The notes below the pieces were generated by a model that had not been told where the DNA came from, did not search any database, and saw nothing but the letters and a program-made list of their open reading frames with translations. Below are positions 1-10,060 of a stretch of DNA of 64,000 nucleotides, in pieces. Location: IMG/VR virus record IMGVR_UViG_3300043783_000034, positions 9,922 through 73,921 of that record; one strand, written 5' to 3'. Made by a program: the position numbers and the translations under genes. Source of the DNA: a virus. Positions within the stretch are counted from its first letter, which is position 1. Each line of letters starts with the position of its first letter.

Positions 1-132
1 ACATACGCCAAGGGCGAAGCACGGCTTGAGGCCACAGGTCAGACCTTCACCGAGGTGGCCGCCAAGCGGCTGCCAAAAGAAAAGGGCACCGGCCAAGGCC
101 AGCGCCCTGCTGTGGGCGCCTCCGCGCCATGA
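1..132 (+). CDS. 3' end of a gene, probably a phage DNA-modification methylase (partial)
   Basis: Frame 1 reads TYAKGEARLEATGQTFTEVAAKRL...*, like the 'A.LE..G.TF.EVA..R' tail of phage ParB/N6-methylases, which often neighbour DUF3489 genes. Confidence 0.5.
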   Translation, partial: TYAKGEARLEATGQTFTEVAAKRLPKEKGTGQGQRPAVGASAP

Positions 133-918
133 TCACTTGCCCTCCGGCGTGCCGTAGTAGCGCGTCGGCTCACCTTTGACCTTCTCCTTGCGCAGCTTGA
201 GGCCGACCGCTCTCGCCTGCGCCGGTACGCTCACCGCAGGCCAGCCGGTGGTCTTGAGAATCTCAGCAGTCGTGCAGCCGCTCTTGCGCTGGAGCAATTC
301 GCCAATGAGGGCAGTCTTGGTCTTACCGCCATTGAGTGCCCGCTTCGTGGCGGTGGCCTTCGCCTTCGTCTTCGGCATAGTGATCTCTCTGTCAGGGCCA
401 ATTCGCCGCTTATCACGGGCTACCCTTGCGTCACGCGCCTGATTGGTTTCCGGTGTCCGAACCAAGCAAGCCGGAATGTCGAGGCCATCGCCGACTGGTT
501 TAGCAGGGCCGCCGCCTGCGAAAGCAGGGGCAGGAATAGCCTCAAGCGGTGCGGTCGCTAGGGGTACAGCGGCCTGATTGATGGCCTCTCCACGGCCTTC
601 CTCGGCGGTTCTGGCGGCAAGTGGCGGCGAGGCACCGGCGGCAGCATTCAATTTCATCGCGAGCGACAAGGTGCTCGGGCGCTTGCCGCCGTTGGCTTTT
701 GCCTGTGCTTCTGTATCGGGTTTGACAGTGTCGGTCGGCCGCCAAATCCATGCGCCGTCGACCTTCATTGTCTCAAATTCGAACTCGTGTCGGGCGTGCG
801 GTCCGAGCGTGAGCGTCGCTGCTGCCTTGGCATCGGCCTGCCGTTTGAAACGATCCTGTCCCTTCCGGGCAGTCGTAGTCGATAACTTGGCGGTATTGCC
901 AGCGTGAATCGCCATCAT
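133..918 (-). CDS. DUF3489-like winged-helix domain protein
   Basis: C-terminal TKTALIGELLQRKSGCTTAEILKTTGW...RYY; ATG at 918 follows a GGAGGGG RBS. Confidence 0.65.
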   Translation of the reverse strand: MMAIHAGNTAKLSTTTARKGQDRFKRQADAKAAATLTLGPHARHEFEFETMKVDGAWIWRPTDTVKPDTEAQAKANGGKRPSTLSLAMKLNAAAGASPPLAARTAEEGRGEAINQAAVPLATAPLEAIPAPAFAGGGPAKPVGDGLDIPACLVRTPETNQARDARVARDKRRIGPDREITMPKTKAKATATKRALNGGKTKTALIGELLQRKSGCTTAEILKTTGWPAVSVPAQARAVGLKLRKEKVKGEPTRYYGTPEGK

Positions 919-1091
919 GGTGGTCCCCTCCAATCGGGTTGTCGGCATGGTCGCCGTTCAAGGGGCAAGCAAAGATCACCGCCCCTTGGGCTGCGATCAG
1001 GCCAATTCCAAATCCGCAATGAGGCAGGGAGCGCGCACGTCATAATCTCCTCTGTGAGGGCGGGCCCATCGGGCCCCGGTTGACAACGTGG

Positions 1092-1119
1092 AACATATAG
1101 CAAAAAGTAGGCGTGTCAA
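1092..1119 (-). promoter_or_regulatory. putative leftward sigma70 promoter
   Basis: TTGACA-N16-TATGTT on the - strand in an AT-rich divergent gap. Confidence 0.4.
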
Positions 1120-1147
1120 TACCAAAGAGCGAAAGGGTTAAATCCCT

Positions 1148-1543
1148 ATGCCCCGGGCCACCGCTTCCTCTCGGACGCTCGCGATCGCCGCCCGCTTGGC
1201 GGAAGGCGGGATCAGCTACTCCGCCGTAGGCCGCGAATTCGGCGTCAGCCGACAGCGCGTGGAGACCATAGCCAAGAAGGCCGGTCTGCGTTCCAGCTGT
1301 TCCTTGATCGCGTGTGCCGAGCGCCGCGCCCGTCGCGAGCAAAGCAAGCGCGCTGCCCGCGCGCGCGCGGTGAAGCAAATCGAAGCCGTCCGTAAAGCCA
1401 TCGAAGAACTTGGAATGTCGATCAAAGAAGCTGCCGCCCATCTGCGTATCCCCCATTACACAGTCGCCTATATCGTCCAGAGCCGCGGCTTCCGGTGCCA
1501 TCGGCAAAGCGGGAACCCAAACTACCGGAAGGAGCCCGTCTGA
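1148..1543 (+). CDS. HTH DNA-binding protein
   Basis: Two HTH-like segments (SYSAVGREFGVSRQRV; MSIKEAAAHLRIP). Confidence 0.6.
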   Translation: MPRATASSRTLAIAARLAEGGISYSAVGREFGVSRQRVETIAKKAGLRSSCSLIACAERRARREQSKRAARARAVKQIEAVRKAIEELGMSIKEAAAHLRIPHYTVAYIVQSRGFRCHRQSGNPNYRKEPV

Positions 1544-1821
1544 TGTTCAAGCCCGGCGACCGCGTCCGCTGCATCGACGCGGAAAATTCCTTGGCGATCC
1601 TCACGGAGGGCGCGGTCTACACCGTGGCCGGACTACGTGGCGGCATCCCGAGGCAGCGGAGACACCGTAATCACGCCTTATGTCCCGACGGCTTGATCCT
1701 GCAAGGGATCGCTCTGCCATCGTGGGCGGGATCCTTCGCCGCCGCCCGCTTCGTCCTTATCAATCCGCGGGAAACCTCCATTGAAGTCTTTACGCGCATG
1801 CTCGAAGGCGGCTACCGGTAG
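1543..1821 (+). CDS. small hypothetical phage protein
   Basis: MFKPGDRVRCID start; TGATG coupling to the upstream gene. Confidence 0.6.
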   Translation: MFKPGDRVRCIDAENSLAILTEGAVYTVAGLRGGIPRQRRHRNHALCPDGLILQGIALPSWAGSFAAARFVLINPRETSIEVFTRMLEGGYR

Positions 1822-1895
1822 GTTCATGTAGAGGTCCCTTGCAATCCGTATGCAGTATGATATACACACGGCCGGATGTCAATAGGGCTGCATAC

Positions 1896-2189
1896 ATGAA
1901 ATTTCGCGAAGCGACCGACCAACTATTCAGCCAAATCGAGCACGGCGAGCTTGCCGAAAGGTTGCATGTGTCGATAGCATCTATCAGGCAGGCAAGGTTG
2001 AAGCCTGACGCGCTTGCTCATAGAGCACCGCCCAAAGACTGGGAGCAAGCAGTAGTGAGCTTGGCCGAGCAAAGGATTGAACACTATCGAAAGTTGGCGG
2101 AAGCGTTGCGAAAAGAAAATAATCAAAACACTATCAGCAGCAAACAGCAGATACGTGGTCGCCCGATAACGGAGTGCCGCGCGATTTGA
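1896..2189 (+). CDS. small HTH-like protein
   Basis: ELAERLHVSIASIRQ HTH-like segment. Confidence 0.5.
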   Translation: MKFREATDQLFSQIEHGELAERLHVSIASIRQARLKPDALAHRAPPKDWEQAVVSLAEQRIEHYRKLAEALRKENNQNTISSKQQIRGRPITECRAI

Positions 2190-2220
2190 TTATTTGATTC
2201 TGCCCCTGTAAATTTCAAAA

Positions 2221-2730
2221 ATGCCCCGGGGTGGAAGGCGAGAAGGTGCAGGCCGGCCGCGAAAGACGCGCCCCAAGCGCGTGCAGGATGCGCTCGAGCG
2301 CGGCGCTACGATTCAGGCCGCAAGCCGCAAAGCTGACAAGAAGCAGGCGGTGCAGGTGCTCGAGGATTTCATGTTGCTGTGCGCTGGCATGGCGGCTTAC
2401 TTTCAACCGCGCCCGCCAACGGCCGCCGAGCAGAATCCCAATGCGGATGAAGGCAAATTCCTCGATTACATGGAGCGCGCATGCGACTATGCGATCGGGC
2501 TAGCGCGCTATCAGTCGCCCAGCTTCAAGGCGGTGCTCGCAACCATCCTGACCCCTGGACAGCCCGCTATGGCCGTAGGCGGGGAGCTACCCCAGCTTCC
2601 CGTCCCTGAAACGCACCGGCAGTCCGCTAATGCGCAGGGCGAAGGCGCCAAGGTGATTGATCTGCGCCCTGACGAGGCAGAGCTCGCCCGGGTCTACCAG
2701 CGCATCGTGGGCGCAACCCGCGTTGCTTGA
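2221..2730 (+). CDS. terS: terminase small subunit (putative)
   Basis: Directly upstream of terL; N-terminal RGGRREGAGRPRK motif common in TerS proteins. Confidence 0.65.
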   Translation: MPRGGRREGAGRPRKTRPKRVQDALERGATIQAASRKADKKQAVQVLEDFMLLCAGMAAYFQPRPPTAAEQNPNADEGKFLDYMERACDYAIGLARYQSPSFKAVLATILTPGQPAMAVGGELPQLPVPETHRQSANAQGEGAKVIDLRPDEAELARVYQRIVGATRVA

Positions 2731-4384
2731 CGTCGTTCGCCCGCGGCTGAACTTCCGCAATCCAGACTATGGCAAGATCTTCCGCGAGCGCCTACTCGCC
2801 CTCGACAACATCCGGCGCGACCCGGGTTGCCTGCCGGACCTGCGGGCTTATTATCGCGATAACGTCCCCGACTTCATTTCGGATTGGGGGATCACCTTCG
2901 AGCCGCGCAACGTTGAAATCGGCAAGCCATCGATCGTGCCGATGGTGCTCTTTGATAAACAACGCGAATTCATAGAATGGATCGTCTGGCACTGGAAAGA
3001 CCAGACGCCAGGCTTGGCCGAGAAGTCGCGCGATGTGGGCGCGACGTGGTGTGCAGTCGCGACCGGCTGCGCACTTTGCATCTTTTACGAGGGCTTCGCC
3101 GTCGGCGTGGGCTCTCGTAAGGGCGAGTACGTCGACAAAATCGGCACCATGAAGCCGATCCTGCCCAAGGCGCGTATGTTCATGCGCAACCTTCCGGTCG
3201 AGTTCCGGGCTGGCTGGGAAGAGTGGCGCGACGCGCCGTACATGCGCCTGAACTTCCCGGACACCGGCTCACTGATGACCGGCGAGGCTGGTGATGCCAT
3301 TGGCCGCGGGGATCGGACGTCGATCTATTTCGTGGACGAAGCTGCTCATTTGGAGCGGCCGCGCAGCGTCGACGCCTCCTTGTCGATGACCACGAACTGC
3401 CGCATCGACATGTCTTCGGTCAACACGATGAACAACCCGTTTGCCGAAAAACGGTGGAGCGGCAAGGTCGACGTTTTCGTATTCGACTGGCGCGACGATC
3501 CGCGCAAGGACGAGGCTTGGTACAAAAAGAAATGTGAAGAACTCGATCCAGTCGTCGTCGCCCAAGAGATCGATCGCGACTATCAGGCCTCTGCGACCGG
3601 CGTCATCATCCCGGCCGATTGGGCGCGCGCGTGCCTGGACGCGGCCGCAAAGCTCGGCGTCGAGATCACGGGCGAGCGGTCGATTGCCCTCGACGTCGCG
3701 GACGAAGGCATTGACAAGAACGCGATCGTTGGCGGCAAGGGCATCGAAGTCTCGATCGCCATGGAATGGAGCGGCAAGGGAAGCGACATCCTCGAGACCA
3801 CCCAGCACGCCTTCAATGTGGCCGACCAGTTCGACATCCGGCGCGTGCGTTACGACGCCGACGGCATCGGCGCCGGTGTGCGCGGCGACGCGCGCTCGAT
3901 CAACGAAAAGCGCCGCTCGCTCAAGGCGCACGAGAAGGACTTCGAGCCGTTCCGTGGCAGCGAAGCGGTGGTCGACCCGGAAGGCATCGTCGACGGCACA
4001 ATCGGCAGCGACGGCGACAAGGGCCGCACAAACGAGGATTACTTCGCCAACCGCAAGGCGCAGGGTTGGTGGTCGTTGCGCCGGCGATGCGAGCGCACGT
4101 GGCGATGGATAACCAAGGGCAACAAATGCGATCCCGACGCCATCCTCTCGATCAACACGAAAGAATGCAAGAACTGGCAAAAGCTGGTCACCGAAATGAG
4201 CCAGCCGACGTACAAGCCGAACGAAATAGGGAAACTGGTCGTCAACAAGAAACCGGACGGGATGAAGTCGCCGAACCTTGGTGACGGGCTGATGATGCGC
4301 TACGCGCCCGGCGCCCCGCGGCCGGTACGGTTTACGCCCGATTTGCTGTCGCGACTGCGTGGCATCCCGCGCCGGCGGAGTTGA
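2723..4384 (+). CDS. terL: terminase large subunit
   Basis: EKSRDVGATW (Walker A variant), YFVDEAAH (Walker B), LDVADEG.DKNA RNase-H nuclease, KSPNLGD. Start uncertain: likely TTG 2723 overlapping the terS stop (frame open from 2657). Confidence 0.93.
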   Translation: MLDVVRPRLNFRNPDYGKIFRERLLALDNIRRDPGCLPDLRAYYRDNVPDFISDWGITFEPRNVEIGKPSIVPMVLFDKQREFIEWIVWHWKDQTPGLAEKSRDVGATWCAVATGCALCIFYEGFAVGVGSRKGEYVDKIGTMKPILPKARMFMRNLPVEFRAGWEEWRDAPYMRLNFPDTGSLMTGEAGDAIGRGDRTSIYFVDEAAHLERPRSVDASLSMTTNCRIDMSSVNTMNNPFAEKRWSGKVDVFVFDWRDDPRKDEAWYKKKCEELDPVVVAQEIDRDYQASATGVIIPADWARACLDAAAKLGVEITGERSIALDVADEGIDKNAIVGGKGIEVSIAMEWSGKGSDILETTQHAFNVADQFDIRRVRYDADGIGAGVRGDARSINEKRRSLKAHEKDFEPFRGSEAVVDPEGIVDGTIGSDGDKGRTNEDYFANRKAQGWWSLRRRCERTWRWITKGNKCDPDAILSINTKECKNWQKLVTEMSQPTYKPNEIGKLVVNKKPDGMKSPNLGDGLMMRYAPGAPRPVRFTPDLLSRLRGIPRRRS

Positions 4385-4485
4385 CGGGGCGCGGCGACCG
4401 CCACTCTTTTGCGCCGCTGACACACTTGCCACGATCTTGAAAAACTTGGAAACAATCAAGTGGCCTTTTTCAAGCGAGGGACAGC

Positions 4486-6315
4486 ATGAGCGGCAATGGT
4501 CACGGCGGCGCGCGGCGCGGGTCAGGCCGCAAGAAACTGACCGCCATCGAAGGCGGCAAGCCAGCACCGGCTATTCCAGCCGAGCCGAAGAAGCCCGCGA
4601 CCGCCCGAATCCTCGACATGGCGGCCTGGGCGCAAATTATCGAAGCCAGCCGCGACCGCGCCAGCGCTTCTGCTCGCCGCCCACGAACGCCCGAGTGGAA
4701 TCCATTCCAGTGCGAGAAGCAGCGCGAATTGCACCCACCGATGGCGCGCCCGAAGGATCCCGCGAAGCTGATGGCGAACGACAGCGCGCTCGTGTCGACC
4801 AATGGCTGGAACGCACAGCAATGGAGCGCCGGCGGCGTCTTTTCGAACTTCGCCAGCGAAGGCCTGCTGTTCGTCGGATACCCGTACTTGGCCGAGCTCG
4901 CGCAGCGCCCAGAGTATCGGCTGCTGTCCGAAATTCGCGCCGAGGAATCGACCCGCAAGTGGATCAAATATGTCGGCAATGAAAAAGACGACAGAGCCGC
5001 GAATCGCACCGATGCCCGCATCAAGGAATTGAAGGATTACGCTGAACACCTGCAGGTCCGCCGATGGTTCAAGGACTTCGACGCGCAGGACAGCTTCTTC
5101 GGGCGCTCGCACATTTTCATCGATCTCGGGGCGGGTCTTGACCAAGTCAGCAATCCCGAGCTCAAGACGCCGATCGGCCACGGACGCGATCAATTCACCG
5201 ACGCCGCGATCAAGGAAGGCAAACTCGGCAAAGGCTGCCTCAAGGGTCTGCGCACCATCGAACCGATATGGGCCTACCCGACGACCTACAACGCAGTGAA
5301 CCCGCTGTTGCCGAGTTGGTACGATCCGCAAGTCTGGTATGTGATGGGGACCGAGATCCACGCCACGCGCCTACTGACCGGCATCAGCCGGCCCGTGCCG
5401 GATATCCTCAAGCCAGCCTATAGCTTCGGCGGTTTGTCGATGTCGCAGATGGCGCAGCCTTACGTCCAAATCTGGCTTGATACGCGCGCGGCCGTGGGTC
5501 AAATCGTCACAAATTACTCAATCATCGTTCTGCTGACCGATTTGCAGACGCTTATTCAGCCTGGCGGCGCCGATCTGATCGGGCGGGCGGAAGGCTTCAA
5601 CGCGCTGCGTGGCAACCAGGGCCTCTTCATGGCCAACAAGGCGACCGAGGACGTCAAGAACGTCGTCACGTCGCTGGCGGGTCTGCACGAACTCCAATCG
5701 CAGGCCCAGGAACACCTATGCAGTGTCGCGCGCATTCCGGGCACGAAGTTCACCGGCTTGCAGCCGCAGGGCTTCAATGCCACGGCTGAGGGCGAGATGC
5801 GCGCCTTCGAGGAAACGATCCACGGCCATCAGGAGGACTTTCATCGTCCGCGGCTTACGCCAGTGATCGACCTGATGATGATCTCGCTGTGGGGCGAGCG
5901 CGACGACGACATCACTTTCGAGTTCTTGCCGTTGCAGGAAATGAGCGAGAAGGAGCGCAACGAAATGCGCAAGGTGGACGCCGAGGCGGATGGGCAAGAC
6001 ATCGACCGCGGCGTCATCAGCCCGGAGGAGCGCCGGCGCAAGATCGCGGCTGATCCGGATTCGGGCTACAACGATATCAACCCGAACGACGTGCCCGACT
6101 TACTTGAGGAAGAGGAAGAAGGTCTCGAGCCCGAGAAAGGGCGACCGCAGCCGGTCGCGGGCAAGGGGAAGGGCGGAAAAGAGGCGGCAAGCAAGGGCGG
6201 CGCCGAGGATGTATCATTTGACGATGCGGCGCTTAATCGCGCGCTGGGCCGCGGCGCGGTTAACACGAAGGACCAAGGGGCCAACCTTGAACAGCTGGAG
6301 ACGAGGAATGAATGA
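4486..6315 (+). CDS. portal protein, DUF1073 family
   Basis: Follows terL; GYPYLAELAQRPEYR, LKPAYSFGGLSMSQ, GFNATAEGE motifs. Confidence 0.88.
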   Translation: MSGNGHGGARRGSGRKKLTAIEGGKPAPAIPAEPKKPATARILDMAAWAQIIEASRDRASASARRPRTPEWNPFQCEKQRELHPPMARPKDPAKLMANDSALVSTNGWNAQQWSAGGVFSNFASEGLLFVGYPYLAELAQRPEYRLLSEIRAEESTRKWIKYVGNEKDDRAANRTDARIKELKDYAEHLQVRRWFKDFDAQDSFFGRSHIFIDLGAGLDQVSNPELKTPIGHGRDQFTDAAIKEGKLGKGCLKGLRTIEPIWAYPTTYNAVNPLLPSWYDPQVWYVMGTEIHATRLLTGISRPVPDILKPAYSFGGLSMSQMAQPYVQIWLDTRAAVGQIVTNYSIIVLLTDLQTLIQPGGADLIGRAEGFNALRGNQGLFMANKATEDVKNVVTSLAGLHELQSQAQEHLCSVARIPGTKFTGLQPQGFNATAEGEMRAFEETIHGHQEDFHRPRLTPVIDLMMISLWGERDDDITFEFLPLQEMSEKERNEMRKVDAEADGQDIDRGVISPEERRRKIAADPDSGYNDINPNDVPDLLEEEEEGLEPEKGRPQPVAGKGKGGKEAASKGGAEDVSFDDAALNRALGRGAVNTKDQGANLEQLETRNE

Positions 6316-6360
6316 TATCGCCGTAACTCTTGGACTTCATCGCCAAACAAAGGTGTAAGG

Positions 6361-6501
6361 ATGAACAAACACCACGCCGCCCACTACGTCATCGCCATGC
6401 TGCTCGCGGCCATTTCGGTGGTCGCTCTCGTCACCGTATGGCGCTTGCCAGCGCCAACCCATACGCATAGCTTCGGCTTCGGCGAAGCGGTGCCCAAGTG
6501 A
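6361..6501 (+). CDS. small single-TM protein (46 aa)
   Basis: MNKHHAAHYVIAMLLAAISVVALVTVWR hydrophobic helix; purine-rich RBS. Confidence 0.4.
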   Translation: MNKHHAAHYVIAMLLAAISVVALVTVWRLPAPTHTHSFGFGEAVPK

Positions 6502-6534
6502 ATGGCGCAAATGGCGCGACTTGGTTGAAGCAAC

Positions 6535-6750
6535 ATGACGAATGAACAGAGGACTTGGCTTGTAGCTCACCCGGCCCACGAAGCGGTCGGTACGGGGCGC
6601 ATCTATTCGCAGACCGGCTGGCTGCGCACGGACGGGACGTTCATTCCAGACCGTCCGGGCTCTCGCCCGAGTGGCGTGCTTGTCGGCGCCTTCCGCGTCG
6701 GCATTCGTAAGGTGCCGAGCGATCACTTTCCGCAGGGACCCAGCAGGTGA
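6535..6750 (+). CDS. hypothetical protein
   Basis: ORF fills the gap and stops next to the following ATG. Confidence 0.5.
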   Translation: MTNEQRTWLVAHPAHEAVGTGRIYSQTGWLRTDGTFIPDRPGSRPSGVLVGAFRVGIRKVPSDHFPQGPSR

Positions 6751-6751
6751 C

Positions 6752-7564
6752 ATGCGCGCGCTCCGCAAGGGCGAGAAGGCGCTGCCGCCGGTCCTAGCGA
6801 GTGCGGCGATCCAAGTTGCCTATAAGCGCGCGCTGTTCCAACTCACCGACGAAATGGCGAAGTCCTACGCGCGTCTGCTCAAGGCGCAGTATCGCGAGAC
6901 TCCGCCGCGCATCGCCGATCTCGCCATGGATCGCACGCCGGCGGATATGCTGGCCGACGAACTCAAGAAGCTCGGCAAACGCTGGCTGAAACGCTTTAAC
7001 CAAGCTGCGCCGAAACTCGCCAACTGGTTCGCCAAGGAAGTCGACGATCGCTCGCAGCGCGTTCTCAAGAAGATCCTTCGCGACGCCGGCATCAGCGTCC
7101 GTTTCACCATGACGAAGGAAATGCGCGACGTGGCCGACGCCACGGTGCAGGAAAACATCTCGCTGATCCGCTCGATCGCCACGGAGTATCACACCCAGGT
7201 CGAAGGCATCGTCATGCGCAGCGTGACGCGCGGGCGCGATCTGGAAGACATGGTCAAGGAACTACAGGGGCGCTTCGGCATCGAGCGTCGGCGGGCTGAA
7301 CTGATTGCGCTCGACCAGAACAACAAGGCGACTGCAGCGTTCCGGCGCGTGCGCGAACTAGAACTCGGTCTCGACGTCGGGATATGGCTACACTCGCACG
7401 CTGGGAAGGATCCGCGGCCCACCCACATCGCGAATCACGGTAAACGGTTCAGCGTCAAGGACGGCTGGTTTGATTCGGACCCGAAGGTGCGACGCGCGAT
7501 TCTTCCGGGCGAACTCATCCGCTGTCGCTGTTCGTGGCGGCCGGTGGTGAAAGGCTTCACGTGA
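6752..7564 (+). CDS. head morphogenesis protein (Mu gpF / SPP1 gp7-like)
   Basis: RRAELIALDQNNKA, WLHSHAGKDPRPTH, PGELIRCRC. Confidence 0.85.
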   Translation: MRALRKGEKALPPVLASAAIQVAYKRALFQLTDEMAKSYARLLKAQYRETPPRIADLAMDRTPADMLADELKKLGKRWLKRFNQAAPKLANWFAKEVDDRSQRVLKKILRDAGISVRFTMTKEMRDVADATVQENISLIRSIATEYHTQVEGIVMRSVTRGRDLEDMVKELQGRFGIERRRAELIALDQNNKATAAFRRVRELELGLDVGIWLHSHAGKDPRPTHIANHGKRFSVKDGWFDSDPKVRRAILPGELIRCRCSWRPVVKGFT

Positions 7565-7584
7565 CTATGCGCTCCAGTTAGAAA

Positions 7585-7890
7585 ATGAGCCGACAGCTTG
7601 TCCTGATTCCGTCCTATCGCTATCGCCGGCAGATGATGCTCGGCTGCGCCAGCTATTTCGTGCATCTGATGCCCGGCTGGCTGAGCGCGCCATTTGCCCA
7701 TCAGGTCGGCGTGCCTGCTCAGCCGCGCTACTATCCCAAGGGTTCAATCAATGAGGCCCTATATTTCTTTCGCGAGGCGGTAAAGGCGCTCGGCGGCGAG
7801 CCCTTGACGAAGAACACGCGCGAGCTTGCGGCCGCGCAAAAGCGCCTGCGCGCAGCCTTGGCGGCTGCCCCGGTCAACAGCGCCGATTGA
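7585..7890 (+). CDS. hypothetical protein
   Basis: Co-oriented ORF in the late operon. Confidence 0.5.
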   Translation: MSRQLVLIPSYRYRRQMMLGCASYFVHLMPGWLSAPFAHQVGVPAQPRYYPKGSINEALYFFREAVKALGGEPLTKNTRELAAAQKRLRAALAAAPVNSAD

Positions 7891-8119
7891 TCGACCATCC
7901 CATCGCGTGCTAAAGCCCGACTCGCGGCGGGAGACGAAAACTCCATGAAAAGCCATCCGAGTGGCCGGCCGGTGCGCTATCAGCAGCGCCCGAAGTCGCG
8001 CGAGATACGATGGAATATCCCGCGCGAAAGGTTCGCCTCGCCGGGTCTCAAGCCAACCGTCCCCCTTCCCAATGCCATTGGATTTCATCGGGTAGCCCCA
8101 ACGGCGGAATGGGGCGGGT

Positions 8120-9461
8120 CATGGGCGCGGCGAACGCCATGATGATGCCAGCACTTACCACTGTGCCGAATAGCGCCATTCCGCTCACCTACCGCAAGCG
8201 GGTGTCGCCGGCCGGCGATGAAAAGTTTTCCGCAGCTGGCATCCTGTTTGTGCTTCCGGATGGCCGTGGCCTTTTCTTGAAGCGCGGGGCCGATTGTGAC
8301 CACCCGGGCGAGTGGTGCCTGCCTGGCGGCCGTATGGAGCAGGACGAAGACACCCATGAGGCTGCGCGTCGGGAAACGCTTGAGGAAACAGGTCATCTTC
8401 CCAAGTGGGAGCTCGCGCCGATCGATCGCACAACGTCGCATGATGGCGTGGATTTCACGACGTTCGGCCAACCGCTCGGTACGGAATTCGACCCGGTTCT
8501 GAATGACGAGTACGTCGAGGCAAAGTGGGCGCCGCTGCGCGATCCGCCAAAGCCGCTGCACCCGGGCTTGGCGGCGACATTGGCGAAGTTCCTTGGCGCG
8601 GGTGATGCGATCCAAACGCCAGACGACGGCGACGCCATAGATGATGCTGCCGTCGAGGAAGCACTCGCCCAAGCCCAAGGCGGCAGCAATATCGATGCCG
8701 CACTGACCGATGACGGCGATCCGGCACTTGAAAGCCTCTTGAATGATTTCAAGATGGCGACAGGCGGCCGCGAACCGAACCAGCAGGAAGACGAGACGCT
8801 GCGGATGCAGGCCAAAGGCGCGGTCGGTGACACCGCAGCTCTTGTGCAAGATTCGACGCCGCTGCCGCTGATGCTCGCGCTCGACGAGGCGTCAGTGCGC
8901 CAGATTGATGACGATGGCCGCATGCATGTCATGGTCTCAAACATCAGCAAGGCGAACGTCTGCCCGTACCGAGGAAAGGAGATCCCGGGTGCCGAGGCTC
9001 TCGGCCTCGAACCCGAGCGCATCTATTTCATGCTGCGCGATCCGGAAGAACTCAAGAAGGCCGCACCGACGCTCAACCGCGTGCAGCTTCTTCGTGAACA
9101 CACGCCCGTCGATGCCGACGACCACAAGCCCTGGGACGTAGTCGGCGCTATGGGCTCGAGCGCCGAATGGGTTGCGCCCTATGTGCGCAATGATTTCGCG
9201 ATCTGGTCAGCGAACGATATAGCCGACGTGCAATCCGGCAAGAAAAAGGAACTGTCGGCGGGCTATCACTACGATCCGGACATGACCAGCGGCGAGTTCA
9301 ACGGCATCCACTATGACGGCGTGATGCGCAATATCCGATTTAATCACGTAGCTCTTGTGGAGGAGGGACGTGTGGGACCCGACGTCGTAGTGCAGGACAG
9401 CGTCGACGGCCTGCAATGGTCGGCGATCGAGGCAGCGCTCGACGCGCTGGCCGCCGCATGA
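8120..9461 (+). CDS. NUDIX hydrolase fused to DUF2213 prohead protease
   Basis: Intact Nudix box GGRMEQDEDTHEAARRETLEETG; DUF2213 motifs ISKANVCPYRG, KKELSAGY, NHVALVEEGRVGPDV; start uncertain (8010-8146). Confidence 0.85.
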
Positions 9462-9727
9462 CGGACGGCACGCCCGGCGAATGCGACATCAAACCTCCGT
9501 TGCGGGTCAACGTAAAAGACCTGCGTACGGTGATGGGCCTAAGCCAGATCCAGTTCGCGCGTCGGTTTGGCTTCACGCTGGCGACGCTGCGGCAGTGGGA
9601 GCAGGACCGCCGCTTGCCAAGCGCGTCGGCGCGCGCGCTGCTCGCGGTGATCGCCTACAATCCCGGTGTGGTCATCCAAGCGCTGGCGAATTACGTGCAG
9701 CCGGTCCCGGAGCAAAGGCGAGTGTGA
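9458..9727 (+). CDS. Cro/CI-type HTH protein (HigA/YiaG-like)
   Basis: LRTVMGLSQIQFARRFGFTLATLRQWEQDRRLPS; ATGA coupling. Confidence 0.8.
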   Translation: MTDGTPGECDIKPPLRVNVKDLRTVMGLSQIQFARRFGFTLATLRQWEQDRRLPSASARALLAVIAYNPGVVIQALANYVQPVPEQRRV

Positions 9728-9987
9728 TGCAAGCTGGCCGCATTGATAACGCCACCCGCGTGCTGTTCGCGCCCAGTGACTGGGACAAGGAAAAGCACGG
9801 GACCTGTGGCAGTCTCGCTGTCCGTGACGAGAAGACGACCGCCGGTATGGTGATGACGAGCGCATGGTTTCCGACCGAAAGAGAGATCGATCGCATCCGC
9901 GCCGGCGCTCCGATTTACCTGAGTATAATCGGAGAGGTGCACCCGCCCGTCTCTATGTCAGTCGGACCGCCGCCGCGCGCGTCCTAA
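9727..9987 (+). CDS. conserved small phage protein
   Basis: APSDWD..HGTCGSLAVRD...SAWFPT pattern; TGATG coupling. Confidence 0.65.
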   Translation: MQAGRIDNATRVLFAPSDWDKEKHGTCGSLAVRDEKTTAGMVMTSAWFPTEREIDRIRAGAPIYLSIIGEVHPPVSMSVGPPPRAS

Positions 9988-10060
9988 CGCGCTGACGCAC
10001 TATCGCCTTAAAACTTTTTCCGCCATTGATTGCGCCATCACGTGGAATCCCGCGCGGGAT

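Noticed and set aside
2657-2730. TerS-TerL frameshift fusion
   Set aside because: No slippery sequence seen; a TTG at 2723 overlapping the terS stop explains the arrangement
4486-6315. Anti-CBASS Acb1 label sometimes attached to DUF1073 proteins
   Set aside because: No HxT/HxT phosphoesterase domain seen; position and motifs indicate a plain portal
9458-9987. HigBA toxin-antitoxin pair
   Set aside because: The HTH is HigA-like but neither neighbour resembles a RelE/HigB toxin
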